Part shown: positions 23,357-32,695 of the stretch, in pieces | Numbering within the stretch: the stretch's first letter is position 1 | Layout of the letters: every line of letters starts with the position of its first letter | NCBI GenBank assembly: GCA_963719945.1 | Contig: CAVRDX010000001.1 | Location: 256,001 to 320,000 of the forward strand | Length of the DNA stretch: 64,000 nt | Origin: an uncultured Thermoplasmata archaeon | Lineage (GTDB): Archaea > Thermoplasmatota > Thermoplasmata > UBA10834 | Direction: 5' to 3' | Made by a program: the position numbers and the translations under genes | Notes under the pieces: model-generated | The model's database searches: none | What the model was told of the DNA's origin: nothing | What the model saw: only the letters and a program-made list of their open reading frames with translations

Positions 23357-23794
23357 TTGGATGATATCAAGAAGATACTCATAGCCACAGACGGATCCGA
23401 ATACACTAGAGAGGCAGTCACATATGGCCTCTGGCTTGCCAAGCGGCTCGATGCAGAGGTCACTGCCCTGTATGTCATCGACCAGACATCGTTTGTCAGC
23501 TACCCTATGGATTCGTCAATTGTCAGCGTCTTCTCACTCCTCGAGAACGAGGGCAAGAGGGCTGTTGAGGAGGTTCGCAAAGATGGGGAGACGATGGGCG
23601 TGAAGGTCACTCCCATGGTTCTCGAAGGCTCGCCTACTCGGAAGATCATCGATACATCTTCCGATTTCGATCTCGTCGTTCTTGGCACGCTGGGGCGCTC
23701 AGCAATATCCAAGCTTTTTATGGGGAGCGTGGCCGAAAGAGTCACTCGTTATGCTCCGTGCCCTGTCCTGGTTGTTAGGAGCAAGAAGAGGTGA
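23357..23794 (+). CDS. Universal stress protein (UspA family)
   Basis: KILIATDGS, GTLGRSAISKLFMGSVAERVTRYAPCPVLVV; TTG start 2 nt after the upstream stop. Confidence 0.92.
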   Translation: MDDIKKILIATDGSEYTREAVTYGLWLAKRLDAEVTALYVIDQTSFVSYPMDSSIVSVFSLLENEGKRAVEEVRKDGETMGVKVTPMVLEGSPTRKIIDTSSDFDLVVLGTLGRSAISKLFMGSVAERVTRYAPCPVLVVRSKKR

Positions 23795-23801
23795 CGGCCT
23801 G

Positions 23802-24644
23802 ATGAAAGTAAAAGAGATAATGACTGAGAATCCAATAGTCGCCGAATTGCCAGGAACGCGTTCCGAAGTGCTGAAGCAGCTGGTCGGTCACAATATCACT
23901 GGCATGCCCGTCGTGAAGACCGATGACGGAACCCTCGCTGGTTTCGTGACTCGTCAGGACATCTTCTTCAAGCCAGAGGAGGAGCAGCTCGCACTCGTCA
24001 TGAAGAGGGACTATCCGTCGATCGGTCCGAACGCCAGCGTCAAGGATGCTGCTCGTATACTGGTCGAGATGGATCTTGGCCACCTACCTGTGGTGGAGAA
24101 AGGCAAGCTCGTAGGGATCATAACTCCCACGGATCTTCTCATCGTGGTCGAGAAGATGAATCCGGAGATATCTGTTGAGGATATCGTTCGGTCTCCCTGC
24201 ATCCCCATATACCACGGGGCTCCGTTGACTGTCGCACTCGCCACGTTCAAGACTGCGAAGGTCTACGCCCTTCCTGTACTGGACGATGACGCCAAGCTCG
24301 TGGGCATCGTGACGGACAGGGACATATTCAATCAGACAATCGTCGACAGAACGGTCGCGATGAGTGACCTCGGGATAAGCGATGGTGACGATAACTGGAC
24401 TTGGGAAGGTCTGCGAAACGTCATGAAACTCTGGTATGAAGTCTCAAAAGTGGACCTCCCGAAATTGACTGTCAAGGATATCATGATCAAGAACCCGATC
24501 ACGGTATTCAGGAAGACTCTTGTTGGAGATGCGGCTCGAGTTATGAGAAAGAACGACTTCGGGCAGCTCCCAGTGAGGGATTCCAAGGACAACCTCGTAG
24601 CAATGATTTATGATATCGATGTTGTATCCACACTCACAAAGTGA
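23802..24644 (+). CDS. Four-CBS-domain protein
   Basis: Repeated CBS signatures (VKEIMT, LPVVEKGKLVGIIT, LPVLDDDAKLVGIVTDRD, VKDIMIKNP); ATG 23802 after GAGGTGA. Confidence 0.9.
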   Translation: MKVKEIMTENPIVAELPGTRSEVLKQLVGHNITGMPVVKTDDGTLAGFVTRQDIFFKPEEEQLALVMKRDYPSIGPNASVKDAARILVEMDLGHLPVVEKGKLVGIITPTDLLIVVEKMNPEISVEDIVRSPCIPIYHGAPLTVALATFKTAKVYALPVLDDDAKLVGIVTDRDIFNQTIVDRTVAMSDLGISDGDDNWTWEGLRNVMKLWYEVSKVDLPKLTVKDIMIKNPITVFRKTLVGDAARVMRKNDFGQLPVRDSKDNLVAMIYDIDVVSTLTK

Positions 24645-24650
24645 TGAGAC

Positions 24651-26345
24651 ATGGACTCGCAGGATATTCTCTCCCTCTGCAAGCGCAGAGGATTCCTATG
24701 GCCCGCCTATGACATATACGGTGGGCTGGCAGGGATGTATGACTATGGCCCGCTAGGTGCAGCTCTTAAGAACAATATGGAGAACCACTGGCGGAGGTTA
24801 TACGTTCTTGGCGAGGGTTTTCTGGAGATATCTTGTCCTATCATCGCTCCGGAGCCAGTGTTCAAGGCGTCGGGACACCTCGATGCGTTCTCAGACATGT
24901 ATGTGGAATGCCTCAAATGTCATGAGAGCTACCGTGCAGACCATCTCGCGGAAGGTCTTCATGGCAACCCCGCGACCCTCAAGGAGGATGAACTGGGCAA
25001 GCTGTTGAAGGACAATGATGTGAAGTGTCCTAGCTGCAAGGGTGACCTCACAGATCCGAGGAAATTCAACCTGATGTTCAAGACATCTGTCGGGGCCGGG
25101 GTCTCCAAGCCGGGATACCTTCGACCGGAGACCGCCCAGGGCATGTTCGTCAATTTCTCCCAGGTCTACAGACACGCTCGCGAGAAACTCCCCGTAGGTG
25201 CGGTCCAAATCGGAAAGGCATTCAGAAACGAGATATCACCGAGGCAAGGCCTTCTCCGTCTGAGGGAGTTCCATCAGATGGAGGCCGAATTATTCGTCCA
25301 TCCAGAGATCAAATCATGGCCGAGATTCTCTGCGGTGAAGGATACGAAGCTGCCATTGGTCCCCAATTCCGGGCAGCCAAGGATGATGACCCTTGCGGAA
25401 GCGGTGGAGCAGAATGTCATTGTCAACGAGGCCCTCGCATATTTCATCTACCTCACATACAAGTATGCATGCGATATCGGATTGGACCCTTCGAGGTTGC
25501 GCTTCAGACAGCATGAGAAGGACGAGATGGCGCACTATGCATCCGATTGCTGGGATATGGAAGCCGAACTTTCGTTTGGATGGATAGAAATGGTCGGGAT
25601 AGCCGATCGGGGATGCTACGATCTTCAGGCACATATCGATCACTCCGGGTCTGAGCTGATGGCGTTCGAGCTATTCGATGAACCGAAGGAGATTGAAGAG
25701 GAAGTCGTGAGGGCCCGGTTCGATGTGATGGGCAAATTGTTCAAGGGCGAGACGAAGAAGATTGCAGACGCCCTATCCAAGCTTCCTGCAGAGTCGGTCA
25801 AAGGAAAGGCCGAAATTTCGTTAGATGTGAACGGAAAGGCGTACACGATCTCCTCAGACTGCTTTGAAGTCGTCATGCGAAAGGAGAAAGTTTCTGGACG
25901 GAAGCTGGTGCCTCATGTGATTGAGCCATCGTATGGTGTGGACAGGCTGCTATATTCCCTCCTGGAGCATTCGTACACGAAGAAGGACGATTATATTGTG
26001 TTGAGGTTCAATGGGCACATCGCTCCGGTGAAAGCTGGCGTGTTCCCGCTCATGGCCCGAGATGGTCTCGACTCTATTGCAACGGAAGTGCATGGTTCGA
26101 TCACCTCTGCTGGCATGACCGCCTATTATGACGATTCTGGTTCGATCGGACGCAGATATGCTAGAATGGATGAGATCGGGGCTCCGTGCTGCGTCACTGT
26201 GGATTACGAGACAAAGACGAACGGAACGGTGACGATTCGTGATAGGGACAGCGCTGACCAGGTTAGGATTAAGAAGGAGAACGTCGCTGTAGCTGTTGCG
26301 AGGATCGTGTCGGGAGCTGGTCTGGGTGCTCTCGAAGGACTCTGA
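24651..26345 (+). CDS. glyS: Glycine--tRNA ligase (archaeal/eukaryotic alpha2 type)
   Basis: LRPETAQG, FRNEISPRQGLLRLREF, MAHYA, VIEPSYGVDR, SIGRRYARMDEIG. Confidence 0.96.
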   Translation: MDSQDILSLCKRRGFLWPAYDIYGGLAGMYDYGPLGAALKNNMENHWRRLYVLGEGFLEISCPIIAPEPVFKASGHLDAFSDMYVECLKCHESYRADHLAEGLHGNPATLKEDELGKLLKDNDVKCPSCKGDLTDPRKFNLMFKTSVGAGVSKPGYLRPETAQGMFVNFSQVYRHAREKLPVGAVQIGKAFRNEISPRQGLLRLREFHQMEAELFVHPEIKSWPRFSAVKDTKLPLVPNSGQPRMMTLAEAVEQNVIVNEALAYFIYLTYKYACDIGLDPSRLRFRQHEKDEMAHYASDCWDMEAELSFGWIEMVGIADRGCYDLQAHIDHSGSELMAFELFDEPKEIEEEVVRARFDVMGKLFKGETKKIADALSKLPAESVKGKAEISLDVNGKAYTISSDCFEVVMRKEKVSGRKLVPHVIEPSYGVDRLLYSLLEHSYTKKDDYIVLRFNGHIAPVKAGVFPLMARDGLDSIATEVHGSITSAGMTAYYDDSGSIGRRYARMDEIGAPCCVTVDYETKTNGTVTIRDRDSADQVRIKKENVAVAVARIVSGAGLGALEGL

Positions 26346-26365
26346 AGGGGAGATTAGGAAACAGT

Positions 26366-27688
26366 ATGTCCTCACAATCTTCCAGTGACCCGCCTGATTT
26401 CCACGGATTTCCAAGGCCCGTGGACTTATCCGACGAGTTCCGGAAATACATAGGCAAGCAGGTCAGCTATGCCACTCATGGCATCCATAAATATCCTGCA
26501 AAATTCATTCCTCAAATCCCTAGATTCTGCATTGAATCCTTTTCCAAGGAGGAGGATGTTGTCCTTGACCCGTTCATGGGCTCAGGGACTACGCTCCTGG
26601 AGTCGTACATACTTGGTCGGGAGAGCTACGGCATCGATATCCACCCATTGGCGAGGATGATCGCAAAGGTCAAGACCTCACCCATGGACCCCACGCATCT
26701 TTCTCGCGTTGCGGAGAGACTATTGGACGGCATCCGTTCGGATGATTGTGACAACAGTTCGCTGATTCCTGATATACCCAATAGGGACCACTGGTTCCGC
26801 CCTGAAGTCCTCGGAAATCTGGCTACGATCAAGAAACATGTATGGCGTATACGAAGTGGACCCACACAGGATTTCTTCAAGATATGCTTCTCATCAATCA
26901 TACGGAAGATGTCGAACTCGGACGCTGACTCGTTGATCCCTGAGGTCACGAGCTTCAGGAAGAAACTAGACGAGCAGGGTAAGACCTCGTTCGATGTGCT
27001 CTCCAAATTCGAGAACACGGTTGGCAACAAACTGCTGGATGCCGAGGGACTCTGGAAGATCTCTCAGGAGGTGCAGAAGGATTTCAGAAACCCGCCGACC
27101 ATCAATATAATCGGACGGGATGCAAGGGCCATCGACATGGAAGATTCATCCGTGGATCTCGCTGTCACCTCTCCTCCATATGCCAGTGCTGTCCACTATG
27201 TGAGCGTTCACAAACTGGAGATGTTCTGGCTTGATCTGCTTGACGACATGGCGAGGCTGGATGGTCAGGTTGTCGGGACATCTAGGGCGTATGTCCGAGA
27301 GTATAGACCCTGGGAGCCAAAGACTCGCGTCCCAGAATTAAAACGAGTATTGACTGAACTGATCGAGAATGAGAAGAAGAGCGCGTACATCGTCTACAAG
27401 TACTTCGACGACATGAGGCGGAATCTCTGCGAGATCAATCGTGTCCTTCATCGGAACGGGATATATTGCATGGTTGTCGGAGAGAACACTTTCAGAAAGG
27501 TCAGAATACCAACTTATCTCATTCTGGCACGGATAGCTTCACAATGCGGGTACGAACTCAAAGGGACATATGTCTATGACGTGATCAATCGGCATCTTGA
27601 CATTCCCCGCTGGAACGATAGCCGGATTGAGAGGGATTACATACTGGTCCTTCAGCGGAAGAGAAAACCTTCCATGGATTGTCTCTGA
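26366..27688 (+). CDS. Orphan amino-DNA methyltransferase, alpha class (probably m4C)
   Basis: THGIHKYPAKFIPQ (motif X), DPFMGSGTT (motif I), then TRD, then VTSPPY (motif IV). Confidence 0.85.
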   Translation: MSSQSSSDPPDFHGFPRPVDLSDEFRKYIGKQVSYATHGIHKYPAKFIPQIPRFCIESFSKEEDVVLDPFMGSGTTLLESYILGRESYGIDIHPLARMIAKVKTSPMDPTHLSRVAERLLDGIRSDDCDNSSLIPDIPNRDHWFRPEVLGNLATIKKHVWRIRSGPTQDFFKICFSSIIRKMSNSDADSLIPEVTSFRKKLDEQGKTSFDVLSKFENTVGNKLLDAEGLWKISQEVQKDFRNPPTINIIGRDARAIDMEDSSVDLAVTSPPYASAVHYVSVHKLEMFWLDLLDDMARLDGQVVGTSRAYVREYRPWEPKTRVPELKRVLTELIENEKKSAYIVYKYFDDMRRNLCEINRVLHRNGIYCMVVGENTFRKVRIPTYLILARIASQCGYELKGTYVYDVINRHLDIPRWNDSRIERDYILVLQRKRKPSMDCL

Positions 27689-27699
27689 ATCGATTGACG

Positions 27700-28926
27700 T
27701 CATGAGGGCATCCTGTAACCCTCTAGCGGAACGAGTATCTCAAACTTCGCTCCTTTGCCATGCTCGCCCTTTTCCCTTATGAATATGCCCGTCAGATCCA
27801 GAATTTCTCTGGTCACGTACAATCCATATCCAGTATTCTTCCCGTATCCCTTTTCGAAGATGATCTCCTTCTCGTTGTCTGGAATCCCAACCCCATCATC
27901 CTCGAAGCTTATTATCAATCCATTCTCTGTCTGTGTGTCATGAACCCGTATCGTGGTGACTCTGGTTCCGTGCCTCATTGAATTCTCCGCCAGGTTATAG
28001 AAGATTCTCTCGAGCATCATATCCGCATAGATCCGAACTCCACTCAATTCGTTGACCACTTTCACTCCGCTCAAATCCAATTCTGACATCGCCTTATCGA
28101 ATACCTGTCGAACATCCTGCCATTCCGGACTGGTGGAGCCTATCGATTGATAGATTCGAGTGAAATCCAGTTGAGCGCTCATCGACTCCCCTGAGAGGAT
28201 TATCTTATCCAGGTATGACGTCAACTTGCTGTCCTTCGATATCCCCCTGGCTACCTGTGCGTAGCCCAGTATGAGGCTGAGTTGATTTAGGCCATCATGC
28301 CGGGTGACCGCACTCATGAGTCCGAGTTTCTTATTCGCAAGCTTGACGGCTTCATCTGCTTTCCGTCTCTCGACTTCGATTCGGTCCCTCTGCAATCTTG
28401 CGTGCAGCACGGGCGCCACAAAATCCGCAATCGCTTTCACGTGCTTCACATCGTCTTCATGGTAATCGGAGGTCCTGTTCGCTACAGCAAACATGCCGAT
28501 GAGCTCACCCTGGTGAATTATCGGGACGCAGATGGATCTGGTTATAGCAATGTGTCCTGCAGGAACATGATGCGTGCCGTTTGAATAAAGTGCCCTTCTC
28601 TGGCTCAGCGAGCGTCCCCAGATACCTCCCCAGACTTCCCGCGGGAAGATGTAGGTCTTGCCAGGGATCTGGCATTGGTCCCAGATGTCTCTGGTCATCG
28701 AAGGTGCAACCATCGAACCATTCTCATCAATATATGCGAAGATGCCATGTCTGCTGTTGGTATCTCTGAGCAGTACTTTGAGCACTTCGTTGTACATCTC
28801 ATCATCTGGCGAATTCAAGAATATCGGGATGATCTTGTTAGCAATGTCGAGAAGCTGCTTCGAATCGAGGACGGAACCCTCTTCGCATGTCTGGTCGCCT
28901 TCTGCCTCTTTCAACTTCCTATCCAT
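27700..28926 (-). CDS. Soluble GAF-domain sensor histidine kinase
   Basis: GAF (ICVPII...FAVAN), H-box TRHDGLNQL, N-box NLAENSMRHG, DDGVGI, FEKG, TGYGL. Confidence 0.9.
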   Translation of the reverse strand: MDRKLKEAEGDQTCEEGSVLDSKQLLDIANKIIPIFLNSPDDEMYNEVLKVLLRDTNSRHGIFAYIDENGSMVAPSMTRDIWDQCQIPGKTYIFPREVWGGIWGRSLSQRRALYSNGTHHVPAGHIAITRSICVPIIHQGELIGMFAVANRTSDYHEDDVKHVKAIADFVAPVLHARLQRDRIEVERRKADEAVKLANKKLGLMSAVTRHDGLNQLSLILGYAQVARGISKDSKLTSYLDKIILSGESMSAQLDFTRIYQSIGSTSPEWQDVRQVFDKAMSELDLSGVKVVNELSGVRIYADMMLERIFYNLAENSMRHGTRVTTIRVHDTQTENGLIISFEDDGVGIPDNEKEIIFEKGYGKNTGYGLYVTREILDLTGIFIREKGEHGKGAKFEILVPLEGYRMPS

Positions 28927-29121
28927 CCTCGAACCTGCCTGCTTGTGGTATCTACGCGCTAATGATTTAACATAATCGTTTTCCGATCACCATTGATGTC
29001 CTGCCCTTGCCTTTTCCAATCCTTCTGACCCCTCGGGTTGCATCTTCGGGAGCATACATGCGCAGTGAATCGCTATCTTATTATGCCCGGTTTCTAATCA
29101 TGTCTCTGGAAGGATGGGATC

Positions 29122-29664
29122 ATGCCAGTCGAACCGCCTCTTAAATTAAGACTCTCTAGGTTGACCGTCACCAGTCTGAGGAACCTATGCGACGCTCAGA
29201 AGCTATCCGGTTGGTCGAATCTGAAGAAGGATGAGTTGGTCCAGTTCATATTGAAGAATCTCAAGCCAAGGATACTCGAGGATTTCTGTACTGTGCAGGA
29301 AGATATCTATTTCGTGGAGAATATGGCGAAGGCGATCAAGTGGGCCGGGAGCCGGAAAGTCATAGAGCTCGACCCCGAGAGCGATCATACGATCGCGAAC
29401 GCCACATTCACCCTACGCCGGTCCGACGGTTACGAGGTCTATAACATACGTTTCGTTAATCAGACGACGGATGACATCGGTACTTCTTGCGAGTGTCTTG
29501 AGTTCAGGGAGAAGGGGTACTTCTGCGGCCATCAGATGGCCACTCTTGTTCGATGCCTTCAGGAAGGGCTCTTCACGTTGGACAAATGGGCCGGTCCCAT
29601 GACCCCTGAGGTCGAAGACATAATCCTCGCGAACGTGTTCCGGAAGAAGAGGGCCAGACATTAG
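29122..29664 (+). CDS. HeH (Rho-N/SAP-like) plus SWIM zinc finger protein
   Basis: LSRLTVTSLRNLC...LSGWSNLKKDELVQFI; CECLEFREKGYFCGH (CxC-x9-CxH). Confidence 0.7.
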   Translation: MPVEPPLKLRLSRLTVTSLRNLCDAQKLSGWSNLKKDELVQFILKNLKPRILEDFCTVQEDIYFVENMAKAIKWAGSRKVIELDPESDHTIANATFTLRRSDGYEVYNIRFVNQTTDDIGTSCECLEFREKGYFCGHQMATLVRCLQEGLFTLDKWAGPMTPEVEDIILANVFRKKRARH

Positions 29665-29733
29665 ATGATATGACCCTGGCCAGACTGCTCGTTGACAAGC
29701 TTTATCTATGCTTACTCTTTTGTCCCGAAAGTC

Positions 29734-32355
29734 ATGGCCCAGTACGATTGGCGAGAGTGCGAGCCCAAGTGGCAGTCGAAGTGGAAGGAATGGCAGGTCT
29801 ACAGATTCGACCCCGCCTCTGAAAAAGAAGTATTCAGCATAGACAATCCTCCTCGATATGCCTCTGGCGCGATCCATTTGGGGCACGCTTACGGATATAC
29901 AGTCATCGACTTCGCCGCGAGATACAAGCGGCTGAAGGGCTACAATGTATTCTTCCCGCTCTGTTTCGATGTCAATGGCACACCAGTTGAGGTGAGAGTG
30001 GAGAAGGTCAAAGGAATCAAGGCATCGGATGTTCCCCGGAAGGAATTCGTAAAGATGTGCAGCGAATTCGCAGAGAAGTACATTGGCGAGATGATCAGCC
30101 AGTTCGAGGTCCTAGGGGAGAGCATGGATCCGTCGATCTACTACCAGACCGATGCCGAGTACTACCGCCGTCTCACACAGATATCATTCATACGCATGTT
30201 CAAGAAAGGACTCGTGTACAAAGGTCATTTCCCTGTGAACTGGTGCACTCGATGCGGAACCGCCCTCGCGGACGCAGAGGTCGATTACGAGCACAGAACC
30301 ACCAAGTTGAACTATATCAAATTCCACGAGGTGGAGTCCGGCCAAGAAGTGATGATCGCGACGACTCGGCCCGAACTGCTCTGCACTTGTCTTCTGGTCG
30401 CCGTGCACCCGGAAGACAAGTCCAAATCCCATCTCATAGGGAAGGAGCTGGCCACACCGGTCTACGACCGACGAGTAAAGGTCATTGCTGACCCGAAGGT
30501 CGACCCAGAGTTTGGGACTGGGACTGTCATGATCTGTTCTATCGGTGACAAGGACGACTTGGAGTGGATCATGAAATACAGCCTTCCATTGGAGAAGGGT
30601 ATCAGCGAGGATGGCCTGATGACATCGCTCGCTGGAAAATACGAAGGAATGCCCGTTGCAGATGCCCGGAAGGCAGTCATTGAAGAACTCCGATCGCAAG
30701 GGTTATTGACGAAGCAGGAGCCACTCGATCAGAATGTGGGCATGTGCTGGAGATGCAGCACGCCGATCGAATTCCTGAAGGTCCCCCAATGGTTCATAAA
30801 GACTGTCCAATACAAAGATGAAGTTCTGAAGATGGTCGATGAGATCGTCTGGAAACCTGATTTCATGAAGATCAGGATCAAAGACTGGATCAATTCACTC
30901 GCCTGGGATTGGGTGGTTTCCCGCCAGAGGTACTTCGCCACTGCCATCCCTCTCTGGGAATGCGATAAGTGCGGCGAGGTGATCCTTCCTGAGGAGGACC
31001 ATTGCTATGTAGACCCGACAGTCGACAACCCATCGGTCGACAAGTGCCCGAAATGTGGTGGCGAGCTCGTCGGTTCGAAGGACGTCTTCGATACCTGGAT
31101 GGATTCAAGTATCTCGCCTCTATACAACACATTCTGGCAGAGGGATGCGAAGATGTTCGAGAAGTTATATCCGATGAGTCTTCGCGCACAGAGCCATGAC
31201 ATCATCCGCACATGGGCCTACTACACGATACTCCGCGAGCTGCATCTCCTGAACCAGAAGCCCTGGAACGAGGTCATGATCCATGGTTTCATAATGGCCC
31301 CGGACGGGAGACCGATGCATACGTCCGCAGGGAATGTAATCGATCCGATGCCCTTGCTTGCAAAATACGGCGGGGACGCGATGAGATACTATGCTTCCAC
31401 CTGCAGTCTTGGAATGGATCATTCCTTCAAGGAGCAGGAACTCGTCCGCGGGAACCGACTCTCTGTCAAGACCTGGAATATCATGAGGTTGGTCGGCGCA
31501 GCCTGTAAGGGTCGCCCAGCCAAACCCGAGAAGATGCATGCCATCGACAGATGGATATTGAGCAGATTCGGGGAGCTAGTCGGAAAAGTGGAGTCACACA
31601 ATGAGCAATACCAATTCGACCGTTCCACTGCACTCCTGGAGGACTTCCTCTGGCATGAGTTCGCCGATCATTATATCGAACTCGTCAAACACAGGGTCTA
31701 CTCCGACGATGACGAGGGTGCCAGATATGCGCTCTACACGGTCGGTCTCGGCCTGCTCAAGATGATGTCCATCATATTGCCTCATATGGCGGAGGACGCC
31801 TATCAGGTCAATTTCAGGGAATTCGAGGAACCCGTGAGCATACACGTTTCCGCTTGGCCTGAGAAACTCGATAAGGACGAGGCCCACGAGGTCATGGGCG
31901 AATCGGTGAAGGATATAGTGTCTTCGATCCGTGCCTGGAAGGCGGCCAATGGAATGTCACTGAATTCCGAACTGTCGCGTGTCGAGATCGTCGGCCCAGA
32001 AGCGGCGTCCCTTATTTCCGGATCGGAGGAGGACATCCGTGCGACTGTGAAAACCAAGGAACTGCAACTGCTTGTCGATGTCCGGTTGAATGAAACCATC
32101 ACGGGGATCAAGCCAATCCACGCGAAACTCGGACCAACCTTCAAGAAGGATGCAAAGGAGATAGTCGCATACATCTCCTCATTGAGTGGAGATGCGATCG
32201 CTGCAGTGGACGATGGCATTGAAGTTCCTCTGAGCGATGGTAGGAAGATATCTCTTGGACGGGAGTTCTATGATGTCGTGAAGACGATGTCATCCGAGCG
32301 TGGAGAACTCAACCATATCACTGCTGGCGGACTCTCTGTGCTGATATACAAGTGA
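29734..32355 (+). CDS. valS: Valine--tRNA ligase (archaeal type)
   Basis: IDNPP, HLGH (HIGH), IATTRPE, GTG, WDWVVSRQR, DTWMDS, HDIIRTW; KMSKS position reads PMHTS. Confidence 0.95.
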   Translation: MAQYDWRECEPKWQSKWKEWQVYRFDPASEKEVFSIDNPPRYASGAIHLGHAYGYTVIDFAARYKRLKGYNVFFPLCFDVNGTPVEVRVEKVKGIKASDVPRKEFVKMCSEFAEKYIGEMISQFEVLGESMDPSIYYQTDAEYYRRLTQISFIRMFKKGLVYKGHFPVNWCTRCGTALADAEVDYEHRTTKLNYIKFHEVESGQEVMIATTRPELLCTCLLVAVHPEDKSKSHLIGKELATPVYDRRVKVIADPKVDPEFGTGTVMICSIGDKDDLEWIMKYSLPLEKGISEDGLMTSLAGKYEGMPVADARKAVIEELRSQGLLTKQEPLDQNVGMCWRCSTPIEFLKVPQWFIKTVQYKDEVLKMVDEIVWKPDFMKIRIKDWINSLAWDWVVSRQRYFATAIPLWECDKCGEVILPEEDHCYVDPTVDNPSVDKCPKCGGELVGSKDVFDTWMDSSISPLYNTFWQRDAKMFEKLYPMSLRAQSHDIIRTWAYYTILRELHLLNQKPWNEVMIHGFIMAPDGRPMHTSAGNVIDPMPLLAKYGGDAMRYYASTCSLGMDHSFKEQELVRGNRLSVKTWNIMRLVGAACKGRPAKPEKMHAIDRWILSRFGELVGKVESHNEQYQFDRSTALLEDFLWHEFADHYIELVKHRVYSDDDEGARYALYTVGLGLLKMMSIILPHMAEDAYQVNFREFEEPVSIHVSAWPEKLDKDEAHEVMGESVKDIVSSIRAWKAANGMSLNSELSRVEIVGPEAASLISGSEEDIRATVKTKELQLLVDVRLNETITGIKPIHAKLGPTFKKDAKEIVAYISSLSGDAIAAVDDGIEVPLSDGRKISLGREFYDVVKTMSSERGELNHITAGGLSVLIYK

Positions 32356-32416
32356 TTCAAGGCTGACAGCCTTCCTCGACAGTTTATAATACTCAGTCCA
32401 CAATTTGCACCTGGAC

Positions 32417-32695
32417 ATGGATAAGAAGGAGTTTGTCGTCGAGGCGCTCAGAGGTGTATTGGACCCTCACACGGGCGTCAGCGTATACGACATGGGACTG
32501 ATTTCTGACATAGTGGTGGGCGAGGATTCTGTTGGGCTAACTTTCATGCCGACGAGTCCGTTCTGTCCCGTTGGCGTCGAACTCGCGAAAGCGATTAGGG
32601 ATCAGGTCCTGACCGTTGATGGCATCACAAAGGTGAATGTCAAAGTGGTAGGACATGTCCGAGCGGACGATATCAACCGAGAGGTTAACGCCTGA
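32417..32695 (+). CDS. DUF59/SufT/MIP18 family Fe-S cluster assembly factor
   Basis: VLDPHTGVSVYDMGLI and TSPFCP motifs. Confidence 0.85.
   Translation: MDKKEFVVEALRGVLDPHTGVSVYDMGLISDIVVGEDSVGLTFMPTSPFCPVGVELAKAIRDQVLTVDGITKVNVKVVGHVRADDINREVNA

Noticed and set aside
26366-27688. Complete type II restriction-modification system
   Set aside because: No endonuclease-like ORF flanks the methyltransferase
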